Positions 46,655-61,020 of a stretch of 64,000 nt of DNA are shown in pieces. The stretch is taken from positions 746,165-810,164 of the forward strand of contig NW_003314263.1 in assembly GCF_000143415.4 (NCBI RefSeq), read 5' to 3'. The notes beneath the pieces are model-generated. The model made no database searches and was not told the DNA's origin. It saw only the letters and a list, made by a program, of their open reading frames with translations. Every line of letters begins with the position of its first letter. The first letter of the stretch is position 1. The stretch is from Selaginella moellendorffii (Eukaryota; Plantae; Lycopodiophyta). Both the position numbers and the translations under genes were made by a program.

Positions 46655-49600
46655 TTAGTGGAGATAACCATATAGCTCCAAGTAACATATAGACAAGTTC
46701 CAAGGTGCTGCCACGGCTGCAATAGGCTGCTGCAACAGCACCCTAAAGAACCTGAACGGGATCAAAGATTTCGAGCCGTGAACCGGCCATGACGCGTACT
46801 GTGCCGGCCGATAGATACTGTGATCCTTCTCGTGCTTTCTCAAGTCGGTCCACGTCTCGCCATCACCCGATCCCTGTCAAGAAAACCATCCCAGAAACCT
46901 TGCCGATTTTTCTCTAAACCAATGAAGCTCACCTGGAATGTCCAGTTGCGAGCAAAGTTCGTGGACCCGTCCTGTCGCACGGAGTAGTAATTGCACATCA
47001 ACTGCGACATCGTGGAACTCAGGGAGTGGGAAACAAACTAGAAACCCGTCACTGATTATTCGAACCTTGTGATCCGGTCCCAAGTCCACTCTCCACCAGG
47101 AGACTGTCTCTCCGCGTTCAATGCATGGTCCAGCGAAGGACGTAGCCTGGAGCCAAAAATCTGGTCTTATAATTGACAACATACCATCAATATTATACCT
47201 GGTAATTGCGAGAGGCAAGCACCTTCGGATCAGTATATCTGGAATGGGGACTGCTTGCGGATAATGTAATTTGCTGCAAAAAATGCGATACCAAGGTACA
47301 AGTTTGATGATGTAACTTCTTGTACCTTCGTGACCATAGGATTCATCCATTCATGTGCTCCATATGATGTCCCGGCGTAATAAAGAACACCGTTACCGTC
47401 TCCGTCGCAAAGGTAGTTGAGTTCTTTAAAAGACGAAAGCCTTCTAGTGAACCATAACCCGTTCTTTGGCAGGCTTATGAACCGTCCTTGATTTGAGCTG
47501 CGAATCAAATCCCTGGAACACTCACACGGCTAAGCACTGGAGAACCGAAGCACGGAAAACTCTTTACTTACTTTTCATCGTCTGAAACAAAGGACTCTTG
47601 TTTAAGATAATCGCATGCTTCTCCCACCTAAACAAACGTCTCACGAACCATAAATAAAACGAGATACCAAACTGACCATCTGTCGGAGAAGTGGTAGATT
47701 TTCGCAGAGAGCGGAGGAATCCAGCTGCAAAACGAGAGAACACAATCAGAAAACATGAGACGGTTCTTTTCGTTGAACAGCGTACCTGCTGAAGCAACTC
47801 CATGGACATGAGAGGAAACCGAATCAATGGAAGTAATACTTTCAAATCCTCTTCACGGTCGGGGCATATAACTTGAAGACCGGCTTTGTACTTTGTATCA
47901 GCCTCTTCCCAGCATTGAACCCCTTCCATCTTTGACCCCCACATAAACACTGCGTCGAGAACTTTCTCTTCTGACGTGACGAGGAGATCCGGGTGCTGTA
48001 GAAAGTAGCATTACAACAAGCACATATCCATGCAGAGATGAAGTGCTTCAGCCACACCACGTCTTCAACAAAGATTTTCACACACAGGCTCACTCCGACT
48101 GACAAAAAAATGATTCTTGTCTACCATGTAGTCAGCAATTCACCTGCAGGATCCTCATAACACTCTGCCCGTCCAGTTCCGTGAACTCGGTCGCGGAAGC
48201 CGCTACACAATAGTCAAAATGTTTGGCACAGCTTTCTTCGCACGCCTGTCTCAGGGTCTCGCAGCGTGCCATGGAAGATGCTACTTGAAGAATAGCGCAT
48301 GAAGAATCCTGCAAAATGCATATAAAGTTACATTGCTACACTTCAGAAACTTACCTCGTTAACGCAGGCAAGGAGATGATCTAAGCATTCCTGATGTAGA
48401 ACACGAACTCCATATCTATCAGCCATAATAAGAAGAGGAAGCAAGAGAGAGCCCGCATTGTCCTTCCCTTCCAGATCAAGGCGACCAGTGTACATGAACC
48501 GAATCGTAGTCATGAAGGCGTCAAGGTGAACGTCCTTGATGGTTACTCGTGTTCTGTTGCTCTCTTTCATACCAATAGTAAACATCTGCCATAAAGATTA
48601 ATGTGAGAGAATCATATAAGCAGCAGAAAGTACCTTCGCAAATGGAGCACTCCATACACTCAAGACGAGTCGATGCAGCTGCAAGCATCGATCGTAATCT
48701 TCAAGATAAACTTCAAGGTCGCTCAAATCCCCAGTCGAGAGCATGCGGGTGAAAGCCACTGGATTCACATGCACCGGAGAATTTGTATCGTAGCAGTGCA
48801 TCGTTAAAAGCACCAAATCTCCTGAAGAATCGTAAGAAACTTCCCTTATATGCTGTTTGCATTGTGCGGCTAAATTCTGGAACCCAATCAGCTCAGCGAG
48901 TCCACGCAGCTGAACCAAGTGCTCCTTGCCAATCTGCCAGAAAACCTCTGGTTACATCTCTATACAATACAGCTTTTGTTTCTTACCTCCGCCTTGCCAG
49001 TGTAGACGTAACGAAGAGCAGCATGCAGCACCAAATAATCAACGCCGTGTAACTCCAGCTCCGTCGTCGTCAGAAACGGACACTCCTTGGAGCTGGATCC
49101 AGTGACTAGAACCGCCCGATGAGCACAAACTCTTCTATTCTCCGGGAAGAGCACGAACTCAAAGTCGGACAAGTCCCCGCTCTCCAGAAAGTTGGCCAGC
49201 CCAGTGCTCCACTGAGCATCGATCGCCGAGGTTGTCCTATAGAGGCATGGCGGAAGAGCAGCGACACTGATGTTCCTGTATCCGACGTGCTTGTCCCAGC
49301 TGCTAAGTCCCACGAACTGGACCTTACAGTTCGGCTCTGGATCAACCCACTGGTAGACCACATTCTGCCCGAGCTCTCCTTTTCCCACCACGATCGATCC
49401 CTCGTCCACACTGATCCAGTAGCGCTCGAAAACCAGAGGACTCACCACCGGACCAGCCACATCCACCACAGTTCTTCCATTGGCGGCGATCTTGAGCCTC
49501 TTGTTTAAGTTGCTCCCGATAATCACCGTGTAGTTTGGATCGCTGTCGGTCCTGTAGTGCTTACACCCGGCGAGCTCCTTGAAGATCACTGTGACATCGT

Positions 49601-49727
49601 TCTCGGCCCTGGCCTCGAATGCTACGCAGCCCCTGCCAGCCTCTGGGAAGCGGAGCTCCTCCTCAAACAGCCACGCGCAGTCGAACGGAGGCACGACCAG
49701 GACATTGTTCTCGACGAGCTTCATCAT
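46655..49727 (-). CDS. BTB/POZ-BACK protein with C-terminal discoidin-like domain (At2g30600-like)
   Basis: GRGCVAFEARAENDVTV N-terminal domain, two BTBs (HRAVL..LRYVYTG; HRLVLSVWSAPF), LLPLIRFPLM, DGNGVLYYAGTSYG, SWWRVDLG, LSICYLELYGY. Confidence 0.85.
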
Positions 49728-49971
49728 TCGCGGCGGCGATCACAGCGCGCCTGGAAACGCGAGGATTTCGACCGATCTGCGCGAATCGAGAGAGATTTCA
49801 TACCTCATGAGAGAGACCGCTCGCTAAAAGCTCCCAGGCAAGGATCTATTCAAAACCTAGCCAAACGTGAGGTTTAGAGCGATACACACGTGTACGATGT
49901 CTTGAAAGCCCACGCTTATCTCAAAGCATCTTTGGATATGCTTGAGCTAAGAAGAATAAACAAAAAAAGTA

Positions 49972-50044
49972 TGCGGTGAGCGTGGATCGAACACGCGACC
50001 TTTAGATCTTCAGTCTAACGCTCTCCCAACTGAGCTATCCCCGC
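49972..50044 (-). tRNA. trnF: tRNA-Phe (GAA)
   Basis: GCGGGGATAGCTCAGTTGGGAGAGCGTTAGACTGAAGATCTAAAGGTCGCGTGTTCGATCCACGCTCACCGCA (73 nt), followed by a T7 terminator. Confidence 0.97.
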
Positions 50045-50152
50045 TTTGTTTCTAATTAGCACAACTATGTCTTTAACATTCTAATAACAATGTAGCTCCA
50101 TTAATAAATATAAATATACAAATAATAATATTTTCTTCTAAGTTATAAATTT

Positions 50153-53100
50153 TGTAGTGTGAGTGCATGGAATATGGAAAGGGATCAATTAGTCCAAAAA
50201 TCCTAGCTTATATACAGAAGTAAATGGTCCAAATTGAAACCAATTTGATAGTTACTAAAATCCCACTACACTAATATTAATATATAGCATCGTAATTGTA
50301 CATTTGGACCTTACATCATCCCTTCTAAGAATAATGGAAGACCATCAAAGTTCTCTTGCAGATAAGCTAAGATTTGGTAGAACATTAAAAAGAAGCATCA
50401 GTGGATCTGTAGATGGTATTAATTGTTCTTAATCCCTTTATATAATGTGTTTCAACTGTTGCACATACACAATTTCTGGAGGATTGGTTTGTTGAATGTC
50501 ATGTCAAACCTCATAAACTTGTGGTTCAACTTGCCGCAACACTCGATATGGTCCTTTTCACTAAACCACGTACTGTAAGATGGGGAAAACAGACTAACAC
50601 TAAATCATCCATTTTATACTCTGTAAGTGGACGATGATGAAAGTTATAACACTATTGTTGTTCTACTTGTACGTGGCTTAAGTGTTTAGCAGACTCTACT
50701 TGAACAAGTGGAAGAATGCTTGTCAAATACTGATCTCATGACCTAGCATCAGCAGCTCGTGACAATTGTGAAGGTAAACCCAACTCCGTTAGTAATATTG
50801 GATCATAACCATATAAGAATTTATATGGTGAAGTACCAACAAAACTATGCACCCTTATGACATATGCATACCAAAGAGATGGCAAATAACTATCCCAATT
50901 CGAATGCTGAAAGTTCATGTACTTCGTGAACATCCCTTTGAACATCCGAATGAGCCGTTTCACCAAATTGTCTGACTGTGGATGATAAACACTCGTGAAA
51001 GTGTGGCATATCCTCAATTGAGACATCAAAACATGAAATACCTAACCATAAATGCAGGACTATTATCCGAAAGAATCTGTTCCGGACAAGAATATTGAAA
51101 CACCACTCAATTAAGGAGGAAGTATCTAACAACAGTTGTAGAGGTGCTAGCAAAAGCACCAACTTCCACCCAACGAATCAAATATTTAGAAGCAATAATA
51201 ATATATTCATTATCAACAATCAATCATGGAAAAGGTTCCATAAGATTAAACGCCACCAACTCAAACGGATGGGAAATTGCAATTGACTCCAATCATCCTT
51301 CCACAACACGAGGGGGAGTATTACAAGCTTGACACTAAATGCAACTACACACATACTAGATAACATTATGTTGCATTTTCAACTAATAGAAAGACCTATG
51401 CAGCTTCTCGGTCACACGATGATATCCCATATGCCTAACTAGAATAGAAAAATTATGGTAGGTATAGAGAAACCATAGAATAAATATTGAAGGCACCACT
51501 AGCTGTAAATGATCATCATGATCTATCCCCACAAAATAAAGAAGGTCGTCTTCAAAGTGATATTGAGAATGTAAATGTCGAAATGGCAAGTCATCAAGAA
51601 CTGATGCAGAATTCTCAAACCCTTTTTGAAATTTTTGAATCCACAACTCAATCCTTTGAGCTTCACGAACCTCATCAAGAAAAGGTAAGTCTTGCTCTAT
51701 ACATTGTGGACACTAAACGTCAAGTATAGTAATTGCTGACAGCATAGAATCCTCATCTAGAAAATCCATAAATGTTAGAATAACAGTTTCATCAAAAACA
51801 TTAGAAGAGAGTGAAGAAGGAAGAGGAGTTTGAGAGAAGGCATTAGCATTAGCCATAAAACTCCTTAGGTGATGAATAACATCAAAATTATATATATGAA
51901 GCTTTAAAGCCCATTGAGTAATACGACTAACTAGGTTTTTCCACTTCAATAATGAAATAACGGCAACATGATCACTTTCAAGTAACGTCTGAGAACTATG
52001 TAAATATGCATGAAGTTTCTCAAAACCCTAGATTATTGTTAAACACTCTTTCTTTGTCATGGAATAATTCACCTCCGTTGGTTGTAATTTATAGCTGATG
52101 TATGCAATAGAATAGCATTAACCAAGCACACTCAGGCTCTCTTGTATCAATACAACTTTAAGACCGATATCAGAGATATCCATGCGCAAAATGAAAGGTC
52201 GAGTATAGTTAAGATATCCCAAAATTGGAGGAGTTGTCAATAACTCTTTGAGATCCATGAATGTTTGCTCATAGTTTGCAGACCAAATGAAAGACGATGT
52301 TAATGACTTTAGTAACGCTCACAATGGTGCAGTGCGATAAAAAAGATGATCCATAAAACAACCAAGATATTGCACTTTGCCCAGGAACTACAATATATCA
52401 TTTACACACTTCGGAGTATGGAACTTTAGAATAGCCATAAGTTTGTCAGGATCAACTTGCAAACTCTCACGAAAAATACAGTACCCAAAATAAGTTGTGT
52501 CCTTGGACCTAAACACGCACTTCGACCGCTTCAACTTTAAACCAACATCCTGTAGTCGATCCAACACTTTACAAACATCATATATGTGTTTCTCCCATGT
52601 CCTCTCCAAGTGGATCAAGAAATTATTAATGAAGTCAGCAATCACTTCCGACATATCATAAAGAACCTCATCCATCATCCGCTGGAAAGTTGCTAAAACA
52701 TTGTTCAAACCAAATGGCATCACCAAGAACTCATACAAACCAAATGGTGTACAAAAAGTAGTTTTAGGAATATCTTTGTCGACCATTGGTATTTGCTAGT
52801 ACCCAGAAGTAAGATCTAGCTTGGTGAACTAACGGCTTCTCCCCAGACAATCTAAGAGATCAACAATGTGAGAAAGAGGGTACACATCTAGGATTGTCAC
52901 TTCATTTAAAAAACGATAATTAATGTAGAAACAAATTCTCTCATTAGGCTTTGTCACAAGATAAGGTTCACATGTTTAAAGATTCCGTAATTTTCGAATA
53001 ACACCCTTTTCTAACATCTCTTTAACGTTTGCATGTAAAATCTTAATTTTTTTGGGTGACCGATGATGAACAAGAATTTTAATTGGACGAGCATTCCCAA

Positions 53101-53400
53101 TTGGAATCGGATGACGTGTGGCAATTTTGGCCCCAAATGATAGGTCAAATATAAAGAAATCGGTATACTCCTTCATGAGTAAGTCAACTGCTGCAATACA
53201 AAGATTGTTAGAGGGATTGAAAAAGGGTAGAGCAGAACAAGATGGAAACATAAAAGGAAGTAGTGGGGAGACAAAAGTAATCAAAGCAAAGGTAGAAATA
53301 AAGGGACGAAAAGGTATAAAAGTGAGAAGAATGGATAAAATATAAAGAAGTATGAAATAATGGGGAGAAGCCTCAAAGTTATATTTGGCATGATTGTGTT
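50153..53400 (-). mobile_element. Degenerate, 5'-truncated Ty3/gypsy LTR retrotransposon
   Basis: Order RT (KTTFCTPFGLYEFLVMPFGL), RNase H, integrase (TSVYHPQSD, WDSYLP, GPYRV), with many stops. Purine tract AGAAGGGATGA then TGTAAGG at 50315 marks a putative short 3' LTR ending ...CTACA near 50153. Confidence 0.85.
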
Positions 53401-53995
53401 GCAACTAATTCATACTAAAGATGAGGTCAAAAGCTTGACTTGGTGGCAACAGGTTGAGCAATAGAAGATAAACTCAAATTTATATCAACTAATACAAAGA
53501 GAATAATATGAGACTTTTTGTTATAAAAACAAGCTTGGAAAATAAACATTAAACAAACTGGTGCCAAGTATCACCCCTTAATGATACTCTTGAAAAAAAT
53601 ATAAAAGGGTCATTGACTTATTCGTGCAAAATCCCTCTATTATTCGTGTGACTTTTCGTTTTCTAGACGCATCTCAGTATCTAAATCTTCCATTGCAACA
53701 ACACCAACAGAATGTTATTGACGCTAAAGTGTTTACCCAGAAAATGAAAGTTGCTAATCTAGAAAATGACAACAACACTGATAAATGTGACTAACTTCAT
53801 CACACGCCCAACAGTAAACATCACAGCCACGACCATAGCCATACACTTCAACCTCACAATAGCTTAATAATAATTCCAATTTGCAAAATTCTTGAGCTTA
53901 TTGGGCATGAAATTTTTTGTCATACAAGTTTAGACAAGTTACATGTAGATTATGATGAATGTCTGTAGCGAATTATTTTTTTTTAAGGATGCCCA

Positions 53996-55303
<1,308 letters not shown>

Positions 55304-55411
55304 TGCTCCAGGCAATCGAGCTCCAAAACTGCCCTAGACTCTCCCGTTATTCCAATTATAAAGGATTGGCCCAAAGCCCTAAAACCCTGTTTCTATTTCT
55401 AGGGCTCTCCC
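55304..55411. promoter_or_regulatory. Putative 108-bp bidirectional promoter
   Basis: Lies between divergent ATGs. Contains CCAAT, ATTGG, site II-like GGCCCA and telo-like AACCCT. Confidence 0.6.
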
Positions 55412-57570
<2,159 letters not shown>

Positions 57571-58456
57571 ATTGCTCTACACTTCTCGGGTAAATGTAGA
57601 GCAATCCTTTCCACCTCGGTGGTTTTCTTTTTTTCTTTTTTGCTTTTACGAAGAGATTTTTGCGATAAATGCTTCCATGTCTGGAAACAGCTGCTTTGTT
57701 TGTCGACGAGACAAGAGACACCGCATGACGTTTTGTTTTTGTCAGAGCTTGCACAAGCGAACGAGCGCTTTTTATTGACAATCCTGGATCGGATCGGTAT
57801 GTTCTACTTGTATCGCTCCTTGTGGATCTCTCTCACCTGATTACTGACTTGCAGATTCTCGTGTGGATCGATCAAAAGTTCCTTGTAAGATAAAACTCAA
57901 TTTTTTTTCTTTTCGCTCGTGAGTTCCTCGATTAAGGAGGATGCCATGGATGAGAAATTGAGGTAAAACCAAAACTAGACAGCTGGTTTGTCATGGTAAG
58001 CTGACGACGATCCTGCAGGGCAATAAACATCTCGCGTTCGCAGTGGCCTTTGTTTTCATTCCCGACTGGTTCGTTTACAGAGTTTGTCCGTGTGTCTCTC
58101 ATATAAGAACTCTCTTCATCTACACACGCGGTACGTAAGCTTTCTAACTCCACTTGTCTTTCAGGGATCTTCGGAAAGCTCCCGCAGCGGTGATCGATGG
58201 TGTCAAACGAGTTTGCAATCGCCCAAAAAAGTGAGCTTTTTTTTGCTTGTCGATGCCCACCTAGTGATCTTTCGTTGTCACTCGCGACACCATAGTTTAA
58301 TCCAGGCAAATAACGTATCGACGCAAACACACACTGGCGTCAATCGACACGATCGCGCGAAAATGATCCAAAGCTCTTGGTATGCTTGTCACGAGGGATA
58401 TGCGGTGGGATATCCCTCCCCTCAGATTCGCCGCACGCGGCGGCATCAGCGGCAAA

Positions 58457-58487
58457 CACGTGGCGCGCACGCGGTGGCTGACGTGGC
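58457..58487 (+). promoter_or_regulatory. Paired ABRE/G-box motifs upstream of NF-YA
   Basis: CACGTGGC at 58457 and TGACGTGGC at 58479. Confidence 0.5.
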
Positions 58488-59096
58488 GGTGCCCACGCCC
58501 CCTTGCAGGTCCACCGGCTGGAACCGGTTGGCGGGACAAAACCCTGGGGTGAAAAACCAAACTTCTTACCCGCTGGGTAACAAATTCCACCCCAATGTTG
58601 ACGCCATAGCCGGGTCTGCGAGGAAGCGATTTCCAAAATTTGGCAAGTGTGGGGGCGATCTCTTGGCATATTTGGAAGCTCGCGAGGAGCATTGGCGAGG
58701 GCTAGATCGTCGCGGCGGGGGCGAAGAAATCGCGAGCGCTAGCGATTTGGCGGGGGCGCTGCTACTATGGAGGAGGATTCTTTTCGTTTCCAGGGCTGGG
58801 GGATGGCGACGGCGATGGCGATCACAAGGCGCGATTTCTTCGTCAAGCTCAAGCAGCGGCAGCATTCGAGGTTGAAGTAGGGGAGCTCACAATCTTTGGC
58901 TCTTTGTTCTTCTTCTTGGATCTTTTCTCTATCTCCCAATCTCTCCCTCTCTTTCTCTCTCTCCCTCCCTCTCCCTCTCTCACTGCCTGGTTCGCTCGTC
59001 GCCTGTCGACGCTCAAGCACAGCGGTGAGTCGGGTTCTTTGATTCTCATTCTTGCGGATTTGGTGCTCATTCCTCTCGAAATTTCGCTCTCCAGAG

Positions 59097-60488
59097 ATGC
59101 AATCAGGGGATTCGGATGGGCAATTAGCAGCCGCCGCCGCCGCCGCCGCCGCTGCTGGATCGTCGTCCGCGCCTGGAGTTCCATGGTGGGGTGGAGTCTG
59201 CCATCTCCCACAGCAGCCTTCTGCAGCTCCCGATAAGCAAGTGGTAGCGTCTGCCGCGCACAATTCCACCACAGGTGTGTGTCGAATTCTTCCTTCCGGT
59301 GTGGAATTCTCTCTTCTTCTTTTCCTTCTTTCTTTTGCTCGTTCTTGCTTGCGTTAATCTTTTTGTCCTAACCATGGTTTCATGTTTGAAGCTTTCTAGT
59401 TTTAGAGTTAAGAGAGCTCGTGTACTGATGCTGAATGCATCGCAAGGTTTTGCAGCAGTTCTTCTTGCAGTATGTACTTTAGGACTAAGATCTTTGTTCC
59501 TTTTCTTTTGAAGTTGCTCCTCGATTGCTGTTCTAAACTTTGTTTTTTGGGTGTTCCTCCTGGTTTCTTGCCTTCGTTTCTTATACAGGCTATGATGAGA
59601 ATGGTGGCGATGAGCCGCAGCACCAGCAGGCGCAGCAGAATCCAGCACTGGCCGGGCTTCCACCGCCTCCTGGCGAATATGTAAGTTGCTTTACGTCTCC
59701 TATATATCTAGTGTTTAAACTTGTAGAACTGGTTTTCATAGGTGCAAGCCGCGTATCCATATTCGGACCCCTTCTTTGGTGGCATGATGGCGGCGGCGTA
59801 TGCAGGCCAGGGCTTAGTAAGCTATAGAACTGTGGATTTGTTGGATCCAAGGTTGAGATTTTAATGGTTTGTTTGTTTCGCAGGTCCAACCTCATGTGCT
59901 TGGACTCCAGCAAGCTCGCATGCCACTTCCAACGGAAATTCTCGAAGAAGAGCCGGTTTATGTCAATGCGAAGCAGTATCACGGCATCCTTCGCCGCAGG
60001 CAAAGCCGAGCGAAAGCCGAGTCGGAGAACAGACTGATCAAAACTCGCAAGGTCGGCAATCTTAGAAAAGCTCTTTGTTTCGTTTTTGCTTTTTCTTTTT
60101 TTTCTGATCAAACTTTGGAAACTTTGAACAGCCTTACCTACACGAATCCCGGCATCTCCACGCCTTACGGAGAGCTCGAGGCTGTGGGGGCAGATTTCTC
60201 AACAAAAAGACCAACAAAGACAACGAGACCGAGACAACGACGACAAACGTGACATCTAACACTTCCACCGGCAGCCGCAACCGCAACACCACCAACATCA
60301 ACGCTCCCAGCAATCGATCTGAGAGCTTATCATCAGGAAACCTGGAAGCGAGTAACCCCTACCACCACGTAATGGCATTCTCGAACGGCCACCATAGCTT
60401 GCAACAGGACTCGCAGCTGTTCCACGCTTCGGCATTCCATCCCATCTCCGGCGATGAAGGAGTCCAAGCAGTGGCAGCAATGCAATGA
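59097..60488 (+). CDS. NF-YA: Nuclear factor Y subunit A (CCAAT-binding)
   Basis: [27 protein letters not shown]|[25 protein letters not shown] 5' UTR intron ends just before the ATG. Confidence 0.94.
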
Positions 60489-61020
60489 GAAGAGATCCAT
60501 CCAACTTTCGAGAAGTTCGACGAAGACTGTCTCTGAGCTGAGCTAAGAAGAAGGAAAAAAGAAAGAAAAAAAAAAGAAATGAGTGTCAAGTTCTAGGAAA
60601 ACGTAGAGAAGAGAGGAGGAGTTTAGTTTGATCCTTTTGTTGTGGCGTGTATAGATTATTGACGCAAGCACAACACGATGGTGATTATTTTATGCTGTGT
60701 TTGCGATTCCACTTGGCAGCCAGAAACTTTGTCTAGTTTTTGGTACGGACGCTCGCTTCTACGGCGCTTCGTCTTCCTAGGTCAGAGTCAAAAATATCCA
60801 TCTAGTATTTCATAACATATATTTCTATTTTCTTGAAATTGTTTTCCAAAATTCATGTTTTAAAATGAATAAATTATTTCAAAACCTTTATGTATGACGT
60901 GTAAGAATACGGGATAAAAAAGAAATTCCTCTGCACGTTTTTTTCCAATTCCCAAAACAATGCACCTTTATCTTACAAATCCGTATTGGAACAAAGTTCC
61001 TCTCAAGTTTCCGTCAAGTT

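Noticed and set aside
58084-58875. 263-aa ORF and other long overlapping or antisense ORFs in GC-rich regions
   Set aside because: No domain signal. Explained by GC-rich promoter or codon composition.
60700-60722. Possible miR169 site (gcgattccacttggcag) after NF-YA
   Set aside because: Too many mismatches to the expected GGCAAxTCATCCTTGGCT.
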